Of a stretch of 64,000 nucleotides of DNA, positions 21,495 to 29,391 are shown one piece after another. The stretch lies in IMG/VR virus record IMGVR_UViG_3300008108_000006, one strand, 5' to 3'. The notes under the pieces are model-generated. The model saw nothing but the letters and a program-made list of their open reading frames with translations. It was not told the DNA's origin and did not search any database. How positions within the stretch are numbered: the first letter of the stretch is position 1; every line of letters begins with the position of its first letter. A program made the position numbers and the translations under genes. This DNA comes from a virus. Lineage: Duplodnaviria; Heunggongvirae; Uroviricota; Caudoviricetes.

Positions 21495-21653
21495 ATGGAT
21501 ACCGAGAAAGTCAAAAACGTTAAAATAAGTAAGACCTCACATGATTTATTAAAATCATATTGTGACGACCGTGGATTAAAAATTTATAAGTTTTTGGAAA
21601 AACTAATTAAAGATAATTGTAAATCTAAAAAAGATTTATACGGTGACAATTAA
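21495..21653 (+). CDS. Small ribbon-helix-helix-like DNA-binding protein
   Basis: Manual translation, 52 aa: MDTEKVKNVKISKTSHDLLKSYCDDRGLKIYKFLEKLIKDNC...; beta-alpha-alpha pattern; below the ORF-track cutoff. Confidence 0.55.
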   Translation: MDTEKVKNVKISKTSHDLLKSYCDDRGLKIYKFLEKLIKDNCKSKKDLYGDN

Positions 21654-22684
21654 ACTAATACTGTTTTATAAACAATAAATCCATTTTGACCCGAATCTGT
21701 TAACACAACATCGGTTCTTAGAACATCCCCCGAATTTATCTCAAGAATTGGTGTTGTAATGAGAACATTATTAATGTAAGTTGAATACGATGATATATTA
21801 CTTGAATCATTAACACTCATATTCACTTTATATTGTATGGTTCTTGTATCTGAAGTATAAGATGAATTAAAATTAATAGTAGTTTCAAATGTTTCAGGAT
21901 TATCGGGATATTTTTTTCTTTTTTGGTTTGGTTTTTTACCATCCAACTCAAACATAGTGAATTGTCTTGAAATTGCCGGTTTTACTTGGAACTCGTTTTC
22001 GTCCAAAAGGAACCCTTGTAGTGTAAAACTGTATTTTTGTAAGTAGAATTTTCTTTTCTCAACATCCATAACCGATTCATCAACAATATCACCCCTTAAT
22101 ATGGGAATATAATGTCCTTTTATTACGGTATAAGCTTGTCGAGATGCGAATTTTTCTATAATAACTTTATTGAAAGAATTAACTTCTCTCATTCTGTTAC
22201 ATATAATATAAACGTTATATGTTATATCAATCGGAACGGGTTGTGGTATGGAATAAACATCAACACCTTTTCTAGTTCCATCCCATGTTGGAACCGCAAC
22301 GTATTGATATTGTCTTCTATTAGGAATATTGAACATTCCACCATATGTTTGTCCAAATTGTACCTCGGGAACTCTAACCACAGTAACAAATGGTAATGAA
22401 ACGTTTTTATCCAAGTCCTGCGTATCCCAAGTTTGTGTAAATTGTGCCCAATTTTGAGTTGTAATAATAAGATCTAAAGTAGGAACAATTTTTCCTTCAC
22501 TTATAATTTGTAATTCATCCTTAACAAAATCCAAAAATCCTCTATCTAAGTCCGCATGAAGTATAGATTTTGGTAAATATGTCCCATCCTCATTGATTTT
22601 ATCAAGAAGTTCTTGCCTTCTAGCCGGTCCAAATTTGGGTTCAACTAAAGGTAATGTTGGTATTATTTTCTTAGGTAACGCCAT
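21650..22684 (-). CDS. Tail terminator / sheath stabilizer (gp15-like)
   Basis: SLPFVTVVR and IPQPVPIDITYNVYII..NRMREVN patterns; directly upstream of the sheath gene. Confidence 0.55.
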   Translation of the reverse strand: MALPKKIIPTLPLVEPKFGPARRQELLDKINEDGTYLPKSILHADLDRGFLDFVKDELQIISEGKIVPTLDLIITTQNWAQFTQTWDTQDLDKNVSLPFVTVVRVPEVQFGQTYGGMFNIPNRRQYQYVAVPTWDGTRKGVDVYSIPQPVPIDITYNVYIICNRMREVNSFNKVIIEKFASRQAYTVIKGHYIPILRGDIVDESVMDVEKRKFYLQKYSFTLQGFLLDENEFQVKPAISRQFTMFELDGKKPNQKRKKYPDNPETFETTINFNSSYTSDTRTIQYKVNMSVNDSSNISSYSTYINNVLITTPILEINSGDVLRTDVVLTDSGQNGFIVYKTVLV

Positions 22685-22686
22685 TA

Positions 22687-23202
22687 TTATATTCCATTAA
22701 ATTCATTTCTATTAACAGGTACCGCCACGAATGTTCTATAAAAAGGTTTATATCCGCCATAAGTATGTTTCAAATCTGAAGTAACACGACCATCATTAGC
22801 TACACTATAATACCTTACTTTTGATTCCGTTTCATAATATGCAATATAATCACCGTATTCTATATCAATACTTAATTCATCCAATTCTTTTTGATACACC
22901 GAAAACGTCATGTTACCTGGTTCCATTTGATCTAACTTACTGTTTCCAATAAATTTGTTTTCAGGTGCAACAATCTTAACATACGCTTTGAACTCCACAG
23001 GGGGTTGATAGGTAATACCACCTTCGGGTGCTTCACCATAAACATCGTCTTTTTTGGTTTTACTTTTATCCACTTTATATAAAACCAAAGTAAAGTTCAT
23101 ATCACCTTCCAACCATTCACGACCCATCTCAATATCTAAGTCGTAGTCTTCAGCTCCAAAAAACTTTCCTAATCTTGTTATCGGTACTTTACGCTCTGCC
23201 AT
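22687..23202 (-). CDS. Head closure / neck protein (gp14-like)
   Basis: DDVYGEA...PPVEFKAYV, IEYGDYI..YYSV; heads the neck-tail operon; TATTTAT upstream at 23207-23213. Confidence 0.55.
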   Translation of the reverse strand: MAERKVPITRLGKFFGAEDYDLDIEMGREWLEGDMNFTLVLYKVDKSKTKKDDVYGEAPEGGITYQPPVEFKAYVKIVAPENKFIGNSKLDQMEPGNMTFSVYQKELDELSIDIEYGDYIAYYETESKVRYYSVANDGRVTSDLKHTYGGYKPFYRTFVAVPVNRNEFNGI

Positions 23203-23244
23203 ATTGATAAATACTTGATTGTTTATTATATTTACCTTTTAAGT

Positions 23245-24999
23245 ATGAATGAAATAAAAATCAATCAACCGCTTGAAATCAGAGCACTTGATGTCCTTGA
23301 TAGTTATTCAGGGGCAAACAATTATATTATTAAATTAAAAATCAAAAAAGATACCAATAAAAAGTTCTATCCAACAAGAAACCAAGCGGAATATATCTTG
23401 GCTTATAAAGATTCCGTTCCAAAAGTTGCAAGAAAATGGGTGGAACTTGATATGTATTTTGCCAATAAATTTGCTGATGAAAAATTATTAACCGAAGTTC
23501 CAACCAAAATATGGGTTGAGAAGTTATTGGTTGAAAAAGATACGTCTTATCACATTTGGGGTAAGTATTTTGAACACGAGGAATTATATGATTTTTGGAT
23601 TCCTAAATCAGGAATTATTAAAGATACTTCTGTTAAGGTTGTTATTGACTATGAAAAGTATTCACATAGACCGCCTCTTTCACACCAAAAAGAAGGTATT
23701 GAGAAATTAGTTGGAAATAAAAAATACATTCTTGCCGATGATATGGGTTTGGGGAAGACAACACAAACAATTATTGCTGCGTTGGAGACAGGGGTTGAGA
23801 AGGTTTTAATTATTAGTCCTGCATCATTGAAGATCAACTGGCAACGTGAGATTGAAAATTACACGGATAGATCGGTTGTAATTATTGATGGGAAGAAATG
23901 GGAATCCGCCGATTTTGTTATCGTAAATTATGACATTTTGAAAAACTTTCATGATCCAAAAAATCGGGAAGAAAGTCAAATATTGAATGAAGGATTTGGG
24001 TTGGTCATTATTGATGAAGCACATTATATTCAAAACACACAAGCACAAAGAACAAAACTTATTAACGATTTTGTTAAAAAAATTGATAGATTATGGTTAT
24101 TAACCGGAACACCAATGACATCAAGACCAATAAACTATTATAACTTATTAAGTTTGATTGATTCACCCGTTGCAATGAATTGGATGGCTTATGTTATGAG
24201 ATATTGTGAAGGTTATCAATTCAAGGTAGGGAATAGAAAAGTTTGGAATGTTAATGGTGCGTCAAATCTTGAAGAATTAAGAGATAGAACATCTCGTCAA
24301 GTATTAAGAAGATTAAAAACCGACGTATTGGATCTTCCTGAAAAAATCATCACACCCGTTTATCTTAAATTGAAATCTTATGAATATGAACGATTGATGG
24401 GTGAATATTATGATTGGTATGATAACTCTAAAGAATCTACCTCATTAACCGTACAATTCACTAAATTAATGAAGGTTAGACAGGTTATATCGGAAGAAAA
24501 AGTAAAATCAACAATTGAATTATGTGAAAACATTATTGAACAAGGAAAGAAAGTAATTGTTTTTACCAATTTTACCAACTCGTTAAACTCTATCTTATCT
24601 CACTTCGGAAAAAAAGCGGTTGGTCTTGATGGTAGTATGCCTCAAGGTATGAGACAAGATAACGTTGATAAATTCCAAAATGATGAAAATATTATGGTGT
24701 TTGTTGGGAACATTAAAGCAGCTGGGGTTGGTATCACATTAACATCTGCGGAAGTTGTTGTTATGAATGACCTGTCATTTGTACCGTCAGATCACTCACA
24801 AGCCGAGGATCGTGCTTATCGTTATGGTCAAAAAAATAACGTTTTGGTATATTATCCTATTTTTGATAACACGATTGAGGGTATTATTTATAACATTCTA
24901 CAAAAGAAGAAAAACATCTTTGAAACCGTTATGGGGGATAATTTAAGTAAGGGTGATATGGTGGAGGAAATCATGAATATGATTAACACAAAAAGATAA
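23245..24999 (+). CDS. SNF2-family (SMARCAL1/HARP-like) helicase/ATPase
   Basis: ILADDMGLGKT, DEAH, LLTGTP, GVGITLT, QAEDRAYRYGQ; probable start MNEIK at 23245 (track uses 23215). Confidence 0.9.
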   Translation: MNEIKINQPLEIRALDVLDSYSGANNYIIKLKIKKDTNKKFYPTRNQAEYILAYKDSVPKVARKWVELDMYFANKFADEKLLTEVPTKIWVEKLLVEKDTSYHIWGKYFEHEELYDFWIPKSGIIKDTSVKVVIDYEKYSHRPPLSHQKEGIEKLVGNKKYILADDMGLGKTTQTIIAALETGVEKVLIISPASLKINWQREIENYTDRSVVIIDGKKWESADFVIVNYDILKNFHDPKNREESQILNEGFGLVIIDEAHYIQNTQAQRTKLINDFVKKIDRLWLLTGTPMTSRPINYYNLLSLIDSPVAMNWMAYVMRYCEGYQFKVGNRKVWNVNGASNLEELRDRTSRQVLRRLKTDVLDLPEKIITPVYLKLKSYEYERLMGEYYDWYDNSKESTSLTVQFTKLMKVRQVISEEKVKSTIELCENIIEQGKKVIVFTNFTNSLNSILSHFGKKAVGLDGSMPQGMRQDNVDKFQNDENIMVFVGNIKAAGVGITLTSAEVVVMNDLSFVPSDHSQAEDRAYRYGQKNNVLVYYPIFDNTIEGIIYNILQKKKNIFETVMGDNLSKGDMVEEIMNMINTKR

Positions 25000-25015
25000 T
25001 GATATATTTATCATT

Positions 25016-25339
25016 ATGAAAGTTAAAGTAACAGAAGATAAGTTATACCCTGTTTTCAAAAAATTTATGGAAACTCAGTTTAAGAATTATGAATGGATCG
25101 AAGATAATTATGATGTTGTTTTGTTTATGAGTCCCGGAGGAGATTCTTATTTGGCGTTGAGTAAAGATAAAACTTTATTAATTTATGCTAAAACCGCAAA
25201 AAAAATCCTTAATTACCTTCCTATGGAACGATCTATGTTCCTATCACTTATGACTAGATGGGTAGGAGAGACCTTAAATATTAAGGGTATAACCCTCTCG
25301 CAGTTTCAACAGTTGGTTTTGATTAGCCTTAATAGATAA
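25016..25339 (+). CDS. Cassette protein 1 (unknown family)
   Basis: MKVKVTEDKLYPVFKKFMETQFKNYEW...YLPME..M...LM.RWV.ETL; most diverged copy. Confidence 0.85.
   Translation: MKVKVTEDKLYPVFKKFMETQFKNYEWIEDNYDVVLFMSPGGDSYLALSKDKTLLIYAKTAKKILNYLPMERSMFLSLMTRWVGETLNIKGITLSQFQQLVLISLNR
25262..25337 (+). CRISPR. Degenerate repeat-spacer unit 1
   Basis: 36-nt GTAGGAGAGACCTTAAATATTAAGGGTATAACCCTC (25262-25297; stem CCTTAA/TTAAGG), 30 unique nt, then CTTAATAGAT (7/10 identical to GTTGATGGAT, the second-repeat start of unit 3). Confidence 0.4.
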
Positions 25340-25358
25340 TAATAATATATTTATCATT

Positions 25359-25700
25359 ATGAAAGTTAAAGTAACAGAAGAAAAGTTATATCCATTATTC
25401 AAAAAATTCATGGAAACTCAGTTTAAGAAATATGAATGGAGAAAAGGTAAATTTGATTCCATTTGGTTCATAGACCCTGAAGGATATGGTCACATGGGAT
25501 TGTTGAAAAATAAAGAGTTATTAATCTATCGTGAGATTAAAGATCAAATTCTTCGCTACATTCCTATGGAAAAATCTATGTTACAAACACTTATGAGTAA
25601 GTGGGTAGAAGAAACCCTTCAAGTTGAAGGGTTAACCGTTCCCACTGTACCCCAATTTACAATACCGCGTTTTTATGATGGTGATACCTTTCCATTATAA
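25359..25700 (+). CDS. Cassette protein 2
   Basis: Paralog; reads through repeat and spacer to DGDTFPL*. Confidence 0.85.
   Translation: MKVKVTEEKLYPLFKKFMETQFKKYEWRKGKFDSIWFIDPEGYGHMGLLKNKELLIYREIKDQILRYIPMEKSMLQTLMSKWVEETLQVEGLTVPTVPQFTIPRFYDGDTFPL
25605..25700 (+). CRISPR. Repeat-spacer-partial repeat unit 2
   Basis: 36-nt GTAGAAGAAACCCTTCAAGTTGAAGGGTTAACCGTT (25605-25640; perfect IR AACCCTTCAA/TTGAAGGGTT), 36-nt unique segment, then GATGGTGATACCTTTCCATTATAA from 25677. Confidence 0.55.
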
Positions 25701-25714
25701 GAATATTTATCAAT

Positions 25715-26050
25715 ATGAAAGTTAAAGTAACAGAAGATAAGTTATACCCTGTTTTCAAAAAATTTATGGAAACTCAGTTTAAGAATTATGAATGGAGAAA
25801 AGATCGGAATGATGACATTTGGTTTTCAGATCCTAAAGGGTATGGTCATTTGGGATTGGTACACATTAAGGATTTATTGATCTATCGTGATATTAGAAAA
25901 AAAATACTTCCTTATCTTCCTATGGAACAATCTATGTTAAACTCACTTATGAGTAAGTGGGTAGAAGAGACCCTTCAAGTTAAGGGGTTAGCCCCCACTT
26001 TGGCAAGACACGAATCCTATCCATTAGTTGATGGATCCTTTCCATTATAA
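25715..26050 (+). CDS. Cassette protein 3
   Basis: Paralog; ends VDGSFPL*. Confidence 0.85.
   Translation: MKVKVTEDKLYPVFKKFMETQFKNYEWRKDRNDDIWFSDPKGYGHLGLVHIKDLLIYRDIRKKILPYLPMEQSMLNSLMSKWVEETLQVKGLAPTLARHESYPLVDGSFPL
25961..26050 (+). CRISPR. Repeat-spacer-partial repeat unit 3
   Basis: 36-nt GTAGAAGAGACCCTTCAAGTTAAGGGGTTAGCCCCC (25961-25996), 30-nt spacer ACTTTGGCAAGACACGAATCCTATCCATTA, then GTTGATGGATCCTTTCCATTATAA from 26027. Confidence 0.6.
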
Positions 26051-26064
26051 GAATATTTATCATT

Positions 26065-26373
26065 ATGAAAGTTAAAGTAACAGAAGAAAAGTTATATCCA
26101 GTATTCAAAAAATTTATGGAAACTCAGTTTAAGAATTATGAATGGACAAAAGATGAATATGGGTGTATTGATTTTGTGGATCCTGAAGGATTTGGTCATT
26201 TGGAATTGGAAAACAATGAAGATTTATGGGTTTATGGTGATATTAAAGATCAAATTCTTCGCTACATTCCTATGGAAGAATATATGTTAGAATCACTTAT
26301 GGGTAGATGGGTTGGAGATACCTTTCAAATTGAGGGTATAAACACCAGTATAGAATCGTTTCCAAATTTTTAA
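26065..26373 (+). CDS. Cassette protein 4
   Basis: Paralog; stops at a TAA inside the spacer; conserved tail IVENAFPL* persists in frame afterwards. Confidence 0.85.
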   Translation: MKVKVTEEKLYPVFKKFMETQFKNYEWTKDEYGCIDFVDPEGFGHLELENNEDLWVYGDIKDQILRYIPMEEYMLESLMGRWVGDTFQIEGINTSIESFPNF

Positions 26374-26400
26374 ATCGTTGAAAATGCCTTTCCATTGTAA
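26311..26400 (+). CRISPR. Repeat-spacer-partial repeat unit 4
   Basis: 36-nt GTTGGAGATACCTTTCAAATTGAGGGTATAAACACC (26311-26346), 30-nt spacer AGTATAGAATCGTTTCCAAATTTTTAAATC, then GTTGAAAATGCCTTTCCATTGTAA from 26377. Confidence 0.65.
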
Positions 26401-26415
26401 GAATATTTATATGGT

Positions 26416-26706
26416 ATGAAAGTCAAGGTAACAGAAGAAAAGTTATATCCAGTTTTCAAAAAATTCATGGAAACTCAGTTTAAGAAATATGAATGGAGAA
26501 AAGATGAACTTGGGACTATTTGGTTTATGGATCCTGAAGGATTTGGTGATCTGGAATTGGGAGATAAAAATTTATGGGTTCATCGTGATATTAAAAATAA
26601 AATTCTTCGTTATCTTCCTATGGAAGAATCTATGTTAGACTCGCTTATATCTAGATGGGTTGGAGATACTTTTCAAATTGAGGGTATAAACATCCTCGAG
26701 ATGTGA
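26416..26706 (+). CDS. Cassette protein 5
   Basis: Paralog; stops at a TGA inside the spacer; tail EEVGDTFPL* persists in frame. Confidence 0.85.
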   Translation: MKVKVTEEKLYPVFKKFMETQFKKYEWRKDELGTIWFMDPEGFGDLELGDKNLWVHRDIKNKILRYLPMEESMLDSLISRWVGDTFQIEGINILEM

Positions 26707-26748
26707 TTGCCATGGTAGGAGGAAGTTGGTGATACCTTTCCATTATAA
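26659..26748 (+). CRISPR. Repeat-spacer-partial repeat unit 5
   Basis: 36-nt GTTGGAGATACTTTTCAAATTGAGGGTATAAACATC (26659-26694), 30-nt spacer CTCGAGATGTGATTGCCATGGTAGGAGGAA, then GTTGGTGATACCTTTCCATTATAA from 26725. Confidence 0.65.
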
Positions 26749-26763
26749 GAATATTTATATGGT

Positions 26764-27438
26764 ATGAAACTACTTGAGAGAAAAATACATTTACTAGAAT
26801 CTTTATTGGATGGTAAGAATATTTTTGAAGCCAATTATAAAGCACAAAAATTAGATTATAACTTAAATTCATTATCAGATTTTATCGGTAAAGATACTAT
26901 GGATGTTCATTATAATGGACATTATAAAACTTACCTTAAAAAATTAAATGAACTTCTACCGGATGAAAAAATGATCCCAATAGAAGATTTAATTAAAAAA
27001 ATATCAAGGTATAACAAGAAAATTAGGAATAATGCTGGTGGTGTATATAACCACCAACTATTTTGGAAAATGTTATCACCAAACAAAACAAAACCATCTA
27101 AAGAACTATTAGAAAAAATTAACAAAGATTTTGGTTCTTATGATGAGTTCAAACAAAAGTTTGAAAAAGTGGCATTAGACAGGTTTGGTTCAGGATGGGT
27201 TTGGTTAATTATGGGTAAAAGTGGTAGGTTACGTGTCGTATCTACACCCAATCAGGACAACCCCGAGATGAATATTATTAGAAATGGAGGAAAAATTTTA
27301 TTGGGGCTTGACATTTGGGAACATGCGTATTATCTTAGCTACCGAAATGAGAGAGACCGATATATCAAAAACTTTTGGAAAGTGGTAAATTGGGATTTCG
27401 TAAGTTCAGAATATCAGAAACTTAAACCAACTAAATAA
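26764..27438 (+). CDS. sod: Fe/Mn superoxide dismutase with an N-terminal extension
   Basis: HYNGHYKTY, NNAGGVYNH, FGSGWVWL, NQDNP, DIWEHAYY metal-ligand motifs. Confidence 0.95.
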   Translation: MKLLERKIHLLESLLDGKNIFEANYKAQKLDYNLNSLSDFIGKDTMDVHYNGHYKTYLKKLNELLPDEKMIPIEDLIKKISRYNKKIRNNAGGVYNHQLFWKMLSPNKTKPSKELLEKINKDFGSYDEFKQKFEKVALDRFGSGWVWLIMGKSGRLRVVSTPNQDNPEMNIIRNGGKILLGLDIWEHAYYLSYRNERDRYIKNFWKVVNWDFVSSEYQKLKPTK

Positions 27439-28253
27439 TGAAAAACTCATTTGTTCTCAACGAAGAAAAAGTAACAAAATGTTCCTATTCCGAAGTTAGT
27501 AAGTACAAAGATTTGTTTAACCGTAATCCTAAAGTAAAGTGGATTTATCGTGAAGCAATTGACAAAGCACTCGAAGTGGTGTTTAAAGATTTATGGCAAA
27601 CTCACCCAAAAGGTTCCGAAACTGTTTCAGGAGTTTTTAATTTAGAAGGACCCGGTAGATCGGTTTTGAATAAGTTAAATACCAATTATAGTGCATTCGC
27701 CATATTAGTTAGAGATATCAATAAGGTATTAAAATCAAGAGGTATCCAACTTTTGAATTTTAATGGAACACAAGACGACCAACTTTTTGAAGCAAGAAAA
27801 ATGGCTAAGGTGATTGACACATTCAAAGAACGAATATTCAACACCGAATCATCCACATTTAATAGTATTATGGCAACACTTAATCGCACACATAAATTAG
27901 GTGAGAATAGAGAAGATAGTGTTGTTAATTTTTTGAAAAGGATCTATGGTGACGATAATGTTTCAAAGATTGGTGGGTTAAATAGTTCTGAAGATATGAC
28001 ATCGGGTGTTGATGTTTTAATTAAAACTGAGGGTAATACTAAAACCGCTCAAGTTAAACCTTTCTACAAAACATTAAATGATGGTGTGACTATTAGGTTC
28101 GCAGATACTGGTAACGTTAAAAAATACGAGACAGATTACCTGATTTTTGACGGTACTAAAGAAATCTACATTATGAATAACAATCAAACCGTTATTGTTG
28201 AAGGTGAATATTCTTTTCCGAGTGAGTCAGTAATTCATATATTATCAAAGTAA
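27438..28253 (+). CDS. Hypothetical protein with a PD-(D/E)XK-like C-terminal domain
   Basis: GENRE...EDMTSGVDVLI...TAQVKPF pattern (E...D...D...QxK). Confidence 0.45.
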   Translation: MKNSFVLNEEKVTKCSYSEVSKYKDLFNRNPKVKWIYREAIDKALEVVFKDLWQTHPKGSETVSGVFNLEGPGRSVLNKLNTNYSAFAILVRDINKVLKSRGIQLLNFNGTQDDQLFEARKMAKVIDTFKERIFNTESSTFNSIMATLNRTHKLGENREDSVVNFLKRIYGDDNVSKIGGLNSSEDMTSGVDVLIKTEGNTKTAQVKPFYKTLNDGVTIRFADTGNVKKYETDYLIFDGTKEIYIMNNNQTVIVEGEYSFPSESVIHILSK

Positions 28254-28277
28254 TTGATATTTATATGAAAAAAGACT

Positions 28278-29390
28278 ATGGCAATTATCCCTGAACCAGA
28301 AAGAAGTCAATTATACAAAAGAATTAAAAATCTTTTAGGTGCCCCAATCCGATCAGTAGAGATTGAGGATGAAATGATGGATTCACTTATGGAATTATCC
28401 ATTGGTGATTATAGCCAATACGTGTTAGATTGGTTGATAGAATCTCAATGGACATCTCTTTATGGATTGAATTTAGATGAGAAATCCGTTGCAAACGCAC
28501 TTGTTAGAAGAACTTTAGATTGGGAAACACAATATACCTATGCATATTCAAAAATTGTAGGATTACAAACAAATGGTCCTTGGGTGTTAAAACAAGATTA
28601 TTTTGATTTAATGCCAAACCAACAACTTTATGAGATTCCCGCAGGAAGAGAAATAAACGAATTAATGTGGTTTACAAGACCTGCATTAAATAACACATTG
28701 TTTGATCCTTGGTCTATGGGTTTCTTGGGTGGTCCCGGTATTGGTGGTCCTGCGGGATTTTCACAGATGGGGTTCCAAGGAGGTTATTTTATGATGTCAG
28801 CATATGATATGGTGGCACGTATGCAAGATATTAACCTTAAATCAAGAATTTTAGGTTCGGATCTTACATATAAAATCACCGCACTTCCCGACGGAAAAAG
28901 AATGGTTCACCTTTTGAATGTTCCCGGTGGTAAATTTAATTTTGGTAATATTGGATATAATCAATATAGAGTATTCTATTGGTATTACGATACCACAGAC
29001 GATAACAGAAACGATTGTTTAGCCGCTAATCCCGATATTGTTAAGTTACCTTCAGATGTTCCATTGGATAACCTATCCTGGGTAGATCTTAACGCACCCG
29101 CCCAACAATGGGTTCGTCGTTGGTTTACGGCTTACGTTAAAGAAACTTTATCAAGAGTTAGAGGGAAGTATTCGGGTAACTTAAAAACACCTGATTCCGA
29201 ACTTCAAATGGAATATACAACACTTCAAACCGAAGCTAAAGACGAAAAATCTACACTTTTAGAAGAACTTAAATTACGTTTAGAAAGACTACGTCCTGAA
29301 AAACAAATGGAAAAAGAAGCATCAATTGCTGAAAACCTAAATAAACAACTTAAATTCAGAGCGTTTAAAGTCCCAATTCAAGCAATCTAA
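28278..29390 (+). CDS. Neck / head-tail adaptor protein (gp13-like)
   Basis: IKNLLGAPIRSVEI, WVRRWFTAYVKETLSRVRGKYSG..TP..ELQM, EAKDEK..LLEEL; TATTTAT upstream at 28258-28264. Confidence 0.75.
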   Translation: MAIIPEPERSQLYKRIKNLLGAPIRSVEIEDEMMDSLMELSIGDYSQYVLDWLIESQWTSLYGLNLDEKSVANALVRRTLDWETQYTYAYSKIVGLQTNGPWVLKQDYFDLMPNQQLYEIPAGREINELMWFTRPALNNTLFDPWSMGFLGGPGIGGPAGFSQMGFQGGYFMMSAYDMVARMQDINLKSRILGSDLTYKITALPDGKRMVHLLNVPGGKFNFGNIGYNQYRVFYWYYDTTDDNRNDCLAANPDIVKLPSDVPLDNLSWVDLNAPAQQWVRRWFTAYVKETLSRVRGKYSGNLKTPDSELQMEYTTLQTEAKDEKSTLLEELKLRLERLRPEKQMEKEASIAENLNKQLKFRAFKVPIQAI

Positions 29391-29391
29391 T

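Larger units (their letters stand above)
25005..26760 (+). repeat. Tandem array of five ~350-bp cassettes (promoter motif + paralogous ORF + CRISPR-like repeat/spacer)
   Basis: Each unit begins ATATTTAT..ATGAAAGTyAArGTAACAGAAGA; units 2-5 end CCTTTCCATTrTAAGAATATTTAT. Confidence 0.95.

Noticed and set aside
26371-26718. Stop-codon reassignment or readthrough explaining the in-frame stops
   Set aside because: All three stop types occur in the spacers, and long genes elsewhere are intact under the standard code.
25262-26748. Diversity-generating retroelement variable regions at the cassette C-termini
   Set aside because: No reverse transcriptase or template repeat is present in the window. 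The variable segments are unalignable at all four bases, not adenine-specific variants of one template.
25262-26748. Canonical contiguous CRISPR array with a cas operon
   Set aside because: The units are separated by ~250 nt of coding DNA, the repeats are degenerate, and no cas gene is visible. They are reported instead as CRISPR-like solitary units.
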